Part shown: in pieces, positions 19,566 to 28,209 of the stretch
Position numbering within the stretch: position 1 is the first letter of the stretch
Layout of the letters: each line of letters begins with the position of its first letter
Origin: Dehalococcoidia bacterium
GTDB taxonomy: Bacteria; Chloroflexota; Dehalococcoidia; Lucifugimonadales; QGNO01
Assembly: GCA_965249115.1 (NCBI GenBank)
Contig: CBDFLI010000001.1
Span: 282,908-346,907, forward strand
Reading direction: 5' to 3'
Length of the DNA: 64,000 bases
The notes under the pieces: model-generated
Seen by the model: the letters and a program-made list of their open reading frames with translations, nothing else
Databases searched by the model: none
What the model was told of the DNA's origin: nothing
Position numbers and translations under genes: made by a program

Positions 19566-19779
19566 GGCGTTCCTTTTTGGACTGGGTGGTCGCTACGCAT
19601 TGGCTATGATAAGGTCGGACGCCCGTTGGAGCAATACGCCCGCTGGCTATCTCTGCGTCACCTCGGACCGCCTTGATCTGTCTGGAGAACACACACAACC
19701 GGCCTCTCCCTGCTAGAATGGGGTTGGCCCTATCCAAACCTGGACCTGATCAGGCACCAGATCTAATTAGGAGTGTTAT

Positions 19780-20826
19780 ATGCGCACTATCGACTTGCGG
19801 AGTGACACCGTGACCCATCCCACACCGGAGATGCGACGCGCCATGGCTGAGGCGGAGGTGGGGGACGACGTTTTCGGGGAGGACCCAACGGTGAACCGCC
19901 TGGAGGCCATGGCAGCCGAACGTCTGGGCAAGGAAGCCGCGGTGTACGTGGCCAGCGGTAGTATGGCCAATCTGGTGGCCGGGCTGACCCACTGCCAGCG
20001 CGGCGATGAGGTGGTCATGGGAAGCGAAGCCCACATCTTCCACAACGAGGTGGGCAGCTTCTCCACGTTGGGCGGTATCCACGTGCGCACCGTCCCCAAC
20101 GACGCCGGAGGCATGATGGACCCCGACCAGGTCGAGGCAGCGGTTCGGCCCGACAACATCCACCAACCAAGGACCGCCTTAATCTGCCTGGAGAACACGC
20201 ACAACCGGTGCAGCGGCGCCGTCCTTGACCGCGAGTACACCACCGTTATTGGTGACATCGCTCACCGTCACGACGCCGCCCTGCACATTGACGGCGCGCG
20301 TCTCTTCAACGCCGCCGTTACGCTGGGCGTCTCCCCGGCGGAACTGGCGAGACCGGCGGATACGGTGAGCTTTTGTCTGTCCAAGGGCCTCAGCTGTCCG
20401 GTTGGGTCTCTGGTGGTGGGGAGCAGGGAGCTTATGGACCGGGCCAGAAAGAATAGGAAGGTCCTGGGTGGCGGTATGCGACAGGCGGGCATCATTGCCG
20501 CCGCCGGGGTCGTGGCCCTGGAGACCATGGTGGACCGCCTTTCGGAGGACCACGACAACGCGCGGCGTCTGGCCAAAGGACTGGCCGCTATGCCCGGTCT
20601 GTCCCTGGACCCCGAGTCCATTCAGTCCAACATCGTCATCCTTGAGGTCACGGACAGGCCCGCGCCTGACTTCATAAGCGCCTTGAAAGAGGAGGGCGTC
20701 CTCATATCCTATACCGGTGGTCGCAGGGTACGCATGGTGACCCATTACGGCGTCACCGCACAGGACGTTGACGAAGCGCTCGCAGTCGTTGAGGCGGTGG
20801 CTCGAACAGAGAGCCGTGCAGGCTGA
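19780..20826 (+). CDS. ltaE: Low-specificity L-threonine aldolase
   Basis: IDLRSDTVTHPTPEMRRAMAEAEVGDDVFGEDPTVNRLE...LENTHNR...SFCLSKGL (PLP Lys). Confidence 0.9.
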   Translation: MRTIDLRSDTVTHPTPEMRRAMAEAEVGDDVFGEDPTVNRLEAMAAERLGKEAAVYVASGSMANLVAGLTHCQRGDEVVMGSEAHIFHNEVGSFSTLGGIHVRTVPNDAGGMMDPDQVEAAVRPDNIHQPRTALICLENTHNRCSGAVLDREYTTVIGDIAHRHDAALHIDGARLFNAAVTLGVSPAELARPADTVSFCLSKGLSCPVGSLVVGSRELMDRARKNRKVLGGGMRQAGIIAAAGVVALETMVDRLSEDHDNARRLAKGLAAMPGLSLDPESIQSNIVILEVTDRPAPDFISALKEEGVLISYTGGRRVRMVTHYGVTAQDVDEALAVVEAVARTESRAG

Positions 20827-22084
20827 CGACTCCACGCCCCCATTGGGGAAGGAAAAACGGTCTGGGACATCCCGGCTGTTTGCCGCTTTCGCGTTCCGCG
20901 ACTACCGCTGGTTCTGGTCAAGCGCTGTCTTTTCCTCCATGAGTATGAGCATGAGCATGCTGGCCATGGGCTGGCTTGTGCTCGAACTCACGGACAGGCC
21001 TTTCTGGGTGGGAGCCGTAGCGGGCATTCAGGGTGTGGGACACGTGGGTTCCGGGTTGTTTGGGGGCGTACTGGCGGACAGGTTCGACAAGCGGAAGATT
21101 TTGCTGGCGCTGCGGGTGAGCACGGGGACCGTGGCGCTGGTATTAGGACTGCTGGTCCTGGCGGAAGTCATAGCCCTGTGGCACATCATGGTGGCCGCCT
21201 TCTTGCAGGGGGTCTTGATGGCGGTGCGCTTGCCCGCCACCAACTCCATAGTGTTTCAGATAGTGGGCCCGCGACGCCTGTTGAACGCCCTGGCTGCCCA
21301 GCTGATGGGATTCAACCTCTCCCGTGTGGTGGGGTCGGTGATTGCGGGAAGCATGATCTCGTCGTTGGGACTGGGCCCCACCTATATTCTGACGGCCATA
21401 TTCACGTATATAGCCGGCGCGTTGTTGCTGTTCGTCACGGTTTCACACCAGCAGGCGCCTTCCAGGCGCGAGCCTTTCTGGGACGCGGCCAGGGTGGGGA
21501 TCAGATACGTTTGGAACACCCAACCGGTGCGGTTGCTGCTCCTCATGAGCGTGCTCATGGAACTGTTCGGGTTCTCGTTCCACATAATGTTGCCGGTGAT
21601 GGCCCGTGACGTGCTGGGTGTCGGGGCCTCCGGTCTGGGGTTCCTGTCCGCGGCCGGGGGGGTGGGTGCGGTAGTAAGCACCCTGGTCGTGGCAAGCCTG
21701 GGCGACTTCAGGAACAAGGCGGGTCTATTGCTGGCCAGCGCCCTGGGAGCGGGGTTGATGCTTGTGCTGTTTGCGTTTTCGCCGTGGTACGTGGCGTCGC
21801 TGGTACTGGTCACAGGAGTGGGTGCGCTGTTGATGTCCTACGACGTGAGCATGGGTACGCTTTTGCAGTTGCTTTCTACCAACGAGGTGCGAGGCCGCGT
21901 GCTGGGCCTATACGGCCTCACCTTCGGGTTTACGCCTCTGGGAGGATTCTTGGTTGGCTTGGTTGGCACAGCCGTGGGCGTGCCCGTGGCTATGGGGGTA
22001 GGGGCAGGGGTTATCATCGCCTATGGACTGCGGGTCCTGCGCTCGGTGGGACGGATACAGGCGGTCCAAGAGGAGGTGCCTTAG
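20768..22084 (+). CDS. MFS transporter (MFS_3/EntS-like)
   Basis: ~12 predicted hydrophobic helices; FRDYRWFWSSAVFSS...LFGGVLADRFDKRKIL. The true start is probably downstream of the ltaE stop and is unresolved. Confidence 0.8.
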   Translation: MTKRSQSLRRWLEQRAVQADDSTPPLGKEKRSGTSRLFAAFAFRDYRWFWSSAVFSSMSMSMSMLAMGWLVLELTDRPFWVGAVAGIQGVGHVGSGLFGGVLADRFDKRKILLALRVSTGTVALVLGLLVLAEVIALWHIMVAAFLQGVLMAVRLPATNSIVFQIVGPRRLLNALAAQLMGFNLSRVVGSVIAGSMISSLGLGPTYILTAIFTYIAGALLLFVTVSHQQAPSRREPFWDAARVGIRYVWNTQPVRLLLLMSVLMELFGFSFHIMLPVMARDVLGVGASGLGFLSAAGGVGAVVSTLVVASLGDFRNKAGLLLASALGAGLMLVLFAFSPWYVASLVLVTGVGALLMSYDVSMGTLLQLLSTNEVRGRVLGLYGLTFGFTPLGGFLVGLVGTAVGVPVAMGVGAGVIIAYGLRVLRSVGRIQAVQEEVP

Positions 22085-22088
22085 CCTT

Positions 22089-22124
22089 ATAAAAGAACAG
22101 GCCCGAGTATCCACCCGGGCCTGT
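22089..22124 (-). terminator. Intrinsic terminator oriented on the minus strand
   Basis: 9-bp stem ACAGGCCCG/CGGGCCTGT (22097-22105 / 22116-22124). The U-tract (gttcttttat) is present only in the minus-strand reading. Confidence 0.5.
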
Positions 22125-22486
22125 CATTGATGCCTATCGGCTTGCCATTAGCTCCGCATATCTGGTATTCACGACCAGAGGAGCCGATCCGATGCGTCGG
22201 ATTCATTGGCTGTCCTCGTAAAGAGCGCGGAGCCGCAGGTTTCCAGATGCCCTCACCGACTCGTTCCCTACTTCACCCTCCCTCTCTCTTCCACGAGCCA
22301 GCCGGGCCGGTACTGGGGAAATGCCATACATGGTTCAGCACGAACAGTCTAACCATGACTACCTCCCATCGGCGTACCACCGGATTCTTGGGGACCTATC
22401 CCCATAAATCATTATACCACCGGGAACAGGAAAAGGTGACCCTGGAGTATCAGGGTTGTTTCCATGGGGCTCACCTGCAATGAGCC
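22125..22486 (-). ncRNA. Candidate structured non-coding transcript or long rarA 3' UTR
   Basis: ~360-nt gap with no credible ORF. Several local hairpins (GGCTCA/TGAGCC, CATGGTT/AACCATG, CCGA/TCGG), an internal TATAAT (rc of 22411-22416), and a minus-strand terminator at its end. No match I can recognise to tmRNA, RNase P, SRP or 6S. Confidence 0.2.
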
Positions 22487-23848
22487 TTATGTATCGTCGT
22501 CGTCTCCGTCCTTACGGTCTCCCCACCACCTGCGAATACGTTCCGCCACCTCCTTTTCGTAGCCCTGGTCCGATGGGTTGTAGTAGACGCGGCCTTTGAG
22601 GTTGTCGGGAAGGTTGCGCTGGCCCGCGAAGTGCCCCGGCGAGTTGTGGGCGTATTTATAGTCCTTCCCATAGTCCATGTCCTTCATCAGCCCTGTGACG
22701 GGGTTGCGCAGGTGCAGGGGAACTGGGTCGTTGCGACTGTGTTTGATGTCCTCCCTGGCCTTGTTCAGCGCCATGTAGGCGGCGTTGCTCTTGGGGGCTG
22801 TGGCCAGATAGACGGTAGCCTCGGCCAGGGGAATGGCGCCTTCGGGCATGCCTATGAAGTGGACGGCCTGCTGGGCGGCGACGGCCACAGGCAGGGCCTG
22901 GGGGTCCGCCATGCCTATGTCCTCGGCGGCCAGGATGACCAGCCGCCGTGCTATGAACATGGGGTCTTCCCCGGCCTCAACCATACGTCCCATCCAGTAT
23001 ATGGCGGCGTCGGGGTCGGAGGCGCGGACGGACTTGATGAAGGCGGATATGGTGTCGTAGTGCTGGTCACCCTTTTTGTCGTACATGAGGGACCGACGCT
23101 GGAGGGCGTCCTCCATGGTGGCCAGGGCCACGGTGCGGTTGCCCTGGGAGTCGGGCGTGGTGGCCGAGGCCGCCAGTTCGATGGCGTTGAGAGCGATGCG
23201 GGCGTCGCCGTTGGCGATGGTAAGCACGAGGGCCCGAGCGTCCGGCTCCAGGGAGACACGCATGTCCGCGATGCCCCGCTCCTTGTCGCGTAGGGCACTG
23301 TCCACGATGTCGCCCACCTGCTCCTCTGTGAGGGGGTTCAGGGTGAAGACGCGGCACCGTGACAGGAGGGGGGCGATGACCTCGAAGGAGGGGTTTTCTG
23401 TGGTGGCGCCGATGAAGGTGAGGGTGCCGTCCTCCACGTGTGGCAGGATCACATCCTGCTGGGCCTTGTTGAACCGGTGGATCTCGTCAACGAAGATGAT
23501 CGTCCGTTGGCCGTTCATGCCCAGCCTGTCCTTGGACTCCTGGGCGATGCGCCGCAGGTCAGCCACGCCTGCGGTGACAGCGGACAACTGCTCGAAGTGG
23601 GAGCGCGTAACGGAGGAGATGATTAGGGCCAGCGTGGTCTTGCCCGAGCCGGGAGGCCCCCACAGGACGATGGATGGCACCTGGTCGGACTCTATGCTGC
23701 GGCGCAGGACCTTGTCCGGCCCGACGATGTGCTCCTGGCCCACCAGCTCGTCGAAGGAGCGGGGGCGTATCCTGGCCGCCAGAGGAGCCGTCCGCTGGAG
23801 TGTTTCTTCTCGCTGGTGGTCGAAGAGGGTCATGGTTTCCTTGTCCAT
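22487..23848 (-). CDS. rarA: Replication-associated recombination protein A (AAA ATPase)
   Basis: 453 aa: LRPRSFDELVGQEHIVG...VLWGPPGSGKTTLA...IIFVDEIHRFNKAQQD...MgsA_C region YDKKGDQHYDTISAFIKSVRASDPDAA. Confidence 0.9.
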   Translation of the reverse strand: MDKETMTLFDHQREETLQRTAPLAARIRPRSFDELVGQEHIVGPDKVLRRSIESDQVPSIVLWGPPGSGKTTLALIISSVTRSHFEQLSAVTAGVADLRRIAQESKDRLGMNGQRTIIFVDEIHRFNKAQQDVILPHVEDGTLTFIGATTENPSFEVIAPLLSRCRVFTLNPLTEEQVGDIVDSALRDKERGIADMRVSLEPDARALVLTIANGDARIALNAIELAASATTPDSQGNRTVALATMEDALQRRSLMYDKKGDQHYDTISAFIKSVRASDPDAAIYWMGRMVEAGEDPMFIARRLVILAAEDIGMADPQALPVAVAAQQAVHFIGMPEGAIPLAEATVYLATAPKSNAAYMALNKAREDIKHSRNDPVPLHLRNPVTGLMKDMDYGKDYKYAHNSPGHFAGQRNLPDNLKGRVYYNPSDQGYEKEVAERIRRWWGDRKDGDDDDT

Positions 23849-23928
23849 AACGGTTGGGCCTCTGACATTGTAAAAGCACCGGTGACAAGTTTACGGCAAA
23901 TGGTGTCGCGGAGAAAGTCGCTTCCGTC

Positions 23929-23993
23929 CCGCTCGTGGCGCTCTTTCCCCCGTTCATGGTGAGCTTGTCGAACCATCAAACCATACGACCGGG
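23929..23993. repeat. REP/MITE-like palindromic element, copy A
   Basis: CCGCTCGT...GTGAGCTTGTCGAACCAT...ACGACCGG. Related to copy B, but with extra internal insertions. Confidence 0.5.
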
Positions 23994-24009
23994 CCTGTCG
24001 AGCCTGCCG

Positions 24010-24264
24010 TTACTCCAGTGTGACCATGGTTACACCGGCGTCGCCCTGGCCGTAGGGGGCGAGGGCGTATCCTCTCACCAGGGGGTGCTTGGACAGGCGT
24101 TCCCATACGGCGTCGCGCACGGCCCCGGTGCCCTTGCCGTGGATGATGCGCACTATGGTGTGGCCGACCATAAGGGCGGCGTCCAGGTAGGCGTCCAGCC
24201 GGTACAGGGCCTCTTCAACCGTGAGGCGGCGCAGGTGGAGTTCATCCGAGACTGGCGTGGGCAT
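24010..24264 (-). CDS. Smr (small MutS-related) domain protein
   Basis: 84 aa: LHLRRLTVEEALYRLDAYLDAALMVGHTIVRIIHGKGTGAVRDAVWERLSKHPLV. Confidence 0.8.
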   Translation of the reverse strand: MPTPVSDELHLRRLTVEEALYRLDAYLDAALMVGHTIVRIIHGKGTGAVRDAVWERLSKHPLVRGYALAPYGQGDAGVTMVTLE

Positions 24265-24269
24265 GGGGG

Positions 24270-24539
24270 TTAGAAGAGGTCCCTGATGCCTCTATAGGTA
24301 GATTCGGACCGGCGGGTGATTTTGCCAACTAGGACCATACGCTCACCATCGTATATCTGGTATATGGTGCGCCACTGCCCAACACGAATCCGGTATGTGA
24401 TATCTGAGAGCTTTACCGTTCCGGGAGGCCTGGGGTTTTCTCTCAGAACTCGTAAAGCTCTATCTATGGCTGGTGCACCTTGGCGTGGGATAGCATTAAG
24501 CTCTCGTTGGGCACGAGATGTCAGCTCAACTTTGTACAC
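24270..24539 (-). CDS. RelE/ParE-family type II toxin
   Basis: 89 aa: MYKVELTSRAQRELNAIP...YRIRVGQWRTIYQIYDGERMVLVGKITRRSESTY. Confidence 0.8.
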   Translation of the reverse strand: MYKVELTSRAQRELNAIPRQGAPAIDRALRVLRENPRPPGTVKLSDITYRIRVGQWRTIYQIYDGERMVLVGKITRRSESTYRGIRDLF

Positions 24540-24786
24540 GTGCTTTCGGCAGCTTCACCCGGAGTTCACGCTGTTCAAGATAGGTGTCAAGGTCGATACT
24601 GGTTTCCGGGTGCTGCCTATACTCAGCAGCCTCGCGTTCCATATCCATGATGTCCTCGATGTCCTCGCCGTAAGCGCTGTCAACGGCGCGGCGGATAAGT
24701 TCAGCGATGGAGACGCGGTGGGTGAAGGCCATCTTGCGCAATCCTTCGTGGGTCTCTTCTTGCAGGTAGATCATGGTCTTTTTCAT
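24526..24786 (-). CDS. Ribbon-helix-helix (CopG-like) antitoxin
   Basis: MKKTMIYLQEETHEGLRKMAFTHRVSIAELIRRAVDSAY. 14-nt overlap with the toxin gene. ATG 24786 chosen inside the track ORF. Confidence 0.7.
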   Translation of the reverse strand: MKKTMIYLQEETHEGLRKMAFTHRVSIAELIRRAVDSAYGEDIEDIMDMEREAAEYRQHPETSIDLDTYLEQRELRVKLPKARVQS

Positions 24787-24866
24787 TGGATATTCCTGTG
24801 TGTTTGACACCAGTTTAACATATAGACATATATATGTCAACTGTTCACTGACTGTCAATTCCTGGT

Positions 24867-25395
24867 CTAGAGCCAACCAGCCCGAGAGAGGACTTCACGT
24901 GCGACTTCAGTGATTGGTCGTCCTTTGTCATTGCTGACCCTGAAGTCCTCGGCTTTTGCGCTTTCCAGGATGTCGGCCAGTTCTCCTGAACGGGCTAACG
25001 CTTCGGGCTGGAACATTCCCGGCTCGCGAATAACAAGACGATCCCGCATGGCGGCCTGGGATGCTGTCAAAAGGCAGACGATAGGCTCGGCCCCCGGCAC
25101 CGCTTCACAGTAATATTGAAGCTCTGACCTGTCCTCCACGACACGTGCGACCAGCAATCGCTCAGCTCCAGCGGCGGCAGGCCGTAAGGTTATTCAACAT
25201 GAGTAGTTGGCCGTAGTTTCCTTGAACTGGGTACATTATTGTGAGCCAGTCCAGGTCTATGGCGGCGTGGGCCAAGCCCGCGTTTCTCAGAAGATCGGAC
25301 GCCTCTGACAACACAGTCGTTTTTCCCGAGCCCAAGGACCCGGAGATAATGAGCATTGGAATCTTGGTGTTCATGTCAACAACTGGCTTTATCAC
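24867..25395 (-). pseudogene. P-loop NTPase (AAA_33/kinase-like) split by a frameshift
   Basis: ORF 25162..25395 carries Walker A ISGSLGSGKTTVL. ORF 24867..25157 continues the family in another frame (AAAGAERLLVARVVED is readable across the junction). Confidence 0.5.
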
Positions 25396-25479
25396 AGAGA
25401 GGCATTGTTAGTAAGTTCATGGAGGATGGTTAGTGTGGGCATGGGTGGTTACATTGGTCGTATCGGATCAGACGATAGT

Positions 25480-25514
25480 CCGCTCGTGGTGAGCCCGTCG
25501 AACCATACGAGCGG
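25480..25514. repeat. REP/MITE-like palindromic element, copy B
   Basis: Perfect 8-bp stem CCGCTCGT/ACGAGCGG around GGTGAGCCCGTCGAACCAT. Confidence 0.5.
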
Positions 25515-25547
25515 AGGTTAGGGCCTTGGCAGCCATACGAATAACCT

Positions 25548-26081
25548 TCAACCTTGAGTTGTTAGCGTTTGAAACTCCACCACCAATAAGTCCCTTAAAC
25601 CTGACGCAGGCAGATCGGCGAGTCTCAGCACTCGTTTCACATAGTTGAAACCTGTCTCCTTTGGCGTGCCTGTAGTGGTTCTACTCAAGTACTTGTCCGA
25701 AACAAGAAGCCAACCGTAGATCTGAAATTCAGAGGGCTTCTCAATTCTCTTTGCGAAAGCCATGAGCTTCAAGAGGTCAAGCTCAATTCTTGCACCCCGA
25801 CCTGTCTCTATCTCCACAGGGACGCAGAACCCGCCATGCCTGATTAACAGATCCACCCTGAATTGTGTTGGCGGTACTGTTATCTCCTTCTCAACGTGAA
25901 AGCCGGCAATCTCTAGGCGAGCCTGAACTTGTGTAATCACCTTTTCAGGGAGTATCGTGTTTTTCGTGTCCTCCACGGGGCCTAATTTGTCAACTATGGC
26001 CTCCAACTTACGACGCATATCCATAGGAAACGCGGACTCTTGACACAGCATCTCGGTCCAAGCTTTGCTATTCATGGACAT
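25548..26081 (-). CDS. Hypothetical protein, possible PD-(D/E)xK nuclease (BamHI/BglII-like motif)
   Basis: Low-GC ORF starting at ATG 26081, 5 nt after the selA stop. RVDLLIRHGGFCVPVEIETGRGARIELDLLKL resembles the D...E-x-E + K arrangement. The track ORF's upstream extension overlaps selA and was rejected. Confidence 0.4.
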   Translation of the reverse strand: MSMNSKAWTEMLCQESAFPMDMRRKLEAIVDKLGPVEDTKNTILPEKVITQVQARLEIAGFHVEKEITVPPTQFRVDLLIRHGGFCVPVEIETGRGARIELDLLKLMAFAKRIEKPSEFQIYGWLLVSDKYLSRTTTGTPKETGFNYVKRVLRLADLPASGLRDLLVVEFQTLTTQG

Positions 26082-26086
26082 AGCAT

Positions 26087-27457
26087 TTAGTCTGTCACCG
26101 CTCCCCTCACCCCCTCCACCAGCCCCTTCTCCTCCTCCGGCAGCACGGTACGCGGGTCCAGTAGCACGCGGTCGTCCTCTATGCGCCCGATGACCGGCGG
26201 GTCGGCGCGACGCAGGGCGGCGGCCAGTGCGTCGGCGCCACCCGGGTAGGTGGTGGCGTCCAGGGCAACCAGCCACGTGGGCAGCGTCTCGCCGGGGAGG
26301 CTGCCGCCACCGATGGTGGAGTGACCCCGGGCCAGGCTGGCCTGCGTACCGATGGCTTTGGCCCATCGAGATGCGCGACGCTTTAGCTCGGCTTCCGGAG
26401 TCGCGATCATGCGCCATGTCGGTATTTCGGTTTCTGCCTCCTCCTTCAGGTAGTGGAGGAGGGTTGCGCCCAGGGCAGCCAGGCTGAGCTTGTCTATGCG
26501 TATCGCCCGGGCCAGGGGATGCCGCGACAGTCGCTGTACCAGGTCTTTACGCCCGACGATTATCCCGGCCTGTGGGCCGCCCAGGAGCTTGTCGCCGGAG
26601 AAGAAGGCCAGGGCGCACCCGGCGGCGACGCTTTCCTGGACTGTGGGCTCGTGCCCCAGGCCGAACCGCTCCGTATCCAGGAGACAGCCGGACCCCAGGT
26701 CGTGGAACACCGGTATGCTGTGACGCTTACCAATGTCCACCAGCTCGGTCAGGTCCGGCGTGTGGGTGAAGCCCGTGACCCTGAAGTTGGAGGCGTGGAC
26801 CTTGAGGAATGCCGCTGTATCCTCGGTTATGGCGGATTCGTAGTCGGACGCGTATGTGCGGTTGGTTGTGCCCACCTCAACCAGGGTCGCGCCGCTCTGG
26901 GCCAGGACATCGGGGACACGGAACCCACCGCCTATCTCCACGGCCTCGCCCCGGGACACGATGACTCGCCGTCCGTTGGCCAGGGCTGCCAGGCCCAGCA
27001 TGACGGCGGAGGCATTGTTGTTGACCACCAGCGCGGCCTCCGCGCCCGTGACCTGGGTTAGCAGGGAGGCCACATGGGCCTGCCGGGAGCCGCGTTCGCC
27101 TCGTTCCAGGTCGAACTCAAGGTCTGAGTAGCCCTGGACGGCGTTGGCCACGGCCTGGAGCGCCTGGTCGCTGAGCGGCGCGCGTCCCAGGTTGGTGTGG
27201 AGGACGACGCCGGTGGCGTTGATGACGCGCCGGGGCCGAAGGCTCCACTGGGTGTCGGCCTGCTGTCGCACCGCTTCTACGACATCGTCCAGGGTAGGGG
27301 GAGAAGCGCCGTTGGAGATGGCGGCGCGGGACGCCTCCAGGTGCCGCCGTATGAGACCGACAACGGCATCGTGGGAGTAGGCGTCGGCCAACTGCTTGAC
27401 CGACTCATGGGCCAGCACTTTGTCCACACCGGGTAGGTCGCGGAAACCGTTGGGCAT
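26087..27457 (-). CDS. selA: L-seryl-tRNA(Sec) selenium transferase
   Basis: 456 aa: VINATGVVLHTNLGRAPLS...FSGDKLLGGPQAGIIVGRKDLVQRLSRHPLARAIRIDK (PLP Lys region). Confidence 0.9.
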   Translation of the reverse strand: MPNGFRDLPGVDKVLAHESVKQLADAYSHDAVVGLIRRHLEASRAAISNGASPPTLDDVVEAVRQQADTQWSLRPRRVINATGVVLHTNLGRAPLSDQALQAVANAVQGYSDLEFDLERGERGSRQAHVASLLTQVTGAEAALVVNNNASAVMLGLAALANGRRVIVSRGEAVEIGGGFRVPDVLAQSGATLVEVGTTNRTYASDYESAITEDTAAFLKVHASNFRVTGFTHTPDLTELVDIGKRHSIPVFHDLGSGCLLDTERFGLGHEPTVQESVAAGCALAFFSGDKLLGGPQAGIIVGRKDLVQRLSRHPLARAIRIDKLSLAALGATLLHYLKEEAETEIPTWRMIATPEAELKRRASRWAKAIGTQASLARGHSTIGGGSLPGETLPTWLVALDATTYPGGADALAAALRRADPPVIGRIEDDRVLLDPRTVLPEEEKGLVEGVRGAVTD

Positions 27458-27603
27458 AACCTGCGCTCTTTACGAAATAGGTTGAGGGCATTTTAGCATA
27501 GGGTGGGTCTATCAGTGGTTGGCGGCGAGAATTCGCCTTGACCACACAGGATGCGCACTGGTAAAATGTCCGATACCCTGTGAACCGGTGAGTGTACTCA
27601 TAG

Positions 27604-28209
27604 ATGATTGTCATTGGCCTGACCGGAGGCATAGGCTCAGGCAAGAGCGAAGCGTCACGTGTTCTCAATGAGCTTGGGGCGGAGATCATAGACGCCGATC
27701 GTGTGGGACACGAGGCGTACCAACCCCATACCAAGACCTGGGAGGCGCTGGTCGCCGTCTTTGGAGAGGGTATCCTTCAGCCCAGTGGTGAGGTGGACAG
27801 GAAGGCGCTGGGTTCCATCGTCTTCGCCAGCCCGGACGCCTTGGCGCGGCTCAACGCTATAGTGCACCCACGGATGCGTGAGATGATGAGGGAGCGGCTG
27901 GATGAGCGCAGGGCACAGGAGGTGAGGGTGGTAGTGATTGAGGCGGCTGTGCTGCTGGAGGCGGGTTGGGATACGCTGGTGGACGAGGTGTGGGTGACCA
28001 CGGCGACTGAGGAGTCTGTGGTGCAACGAATAAGTCAGCGCAATAACCTGTCTGAAGAAGAGATACGAAGGCGCATAAACTCTCAGTTGAAAAACGAGGA
28101 ACGAGTTCGGCGGGCCACAGTTGTTATCAAGAACTCGGACGGTCTTAAAGAGTTGCGGCAGCGCGTTCGAGACCTTTGGGACGAACGAGTAAAAGGGAGG
28201 GTCAGTTGA
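27604..28209 (+). CDS. coaE: Dephospho-CoA kinase
   Basis: [39 protein letters not shown]. Confidence 0.9.
   Translation: MIVIGLTGGIGSGKSEASRVLNELGAEIIDADRVGHEAYQPHTKTWEALVAVFGEGILQPSGEVDRKALGSIVFASPDALARLNAIVHPRMREMMRERLDERRAQEVRVVVIEAAVLLEAGWDTLVDEVWVTTATEESVVQRISQRNNLSEEEIRRRINSQLKNEERVRRATVVIKNSDGLKELRQRVRDLWDERVKGRVS

Noticed and set aside
22127-22483. 118-aa plus-strand ORF in the rarA/MFS gap
   Set aside because: Its composition is not protein-like (His/Pro/Cys/Thr-rich, no RBS, no family signal). The region is treated as non-coding.
26082-26417. Upstream extension of ORF 25548..26417 (289 aa)
   Set aside because: The extension is a shadow frame inside selA (Arg/Gly/Pro-rich). A GC shift and ATG at 26081 mark the real start.
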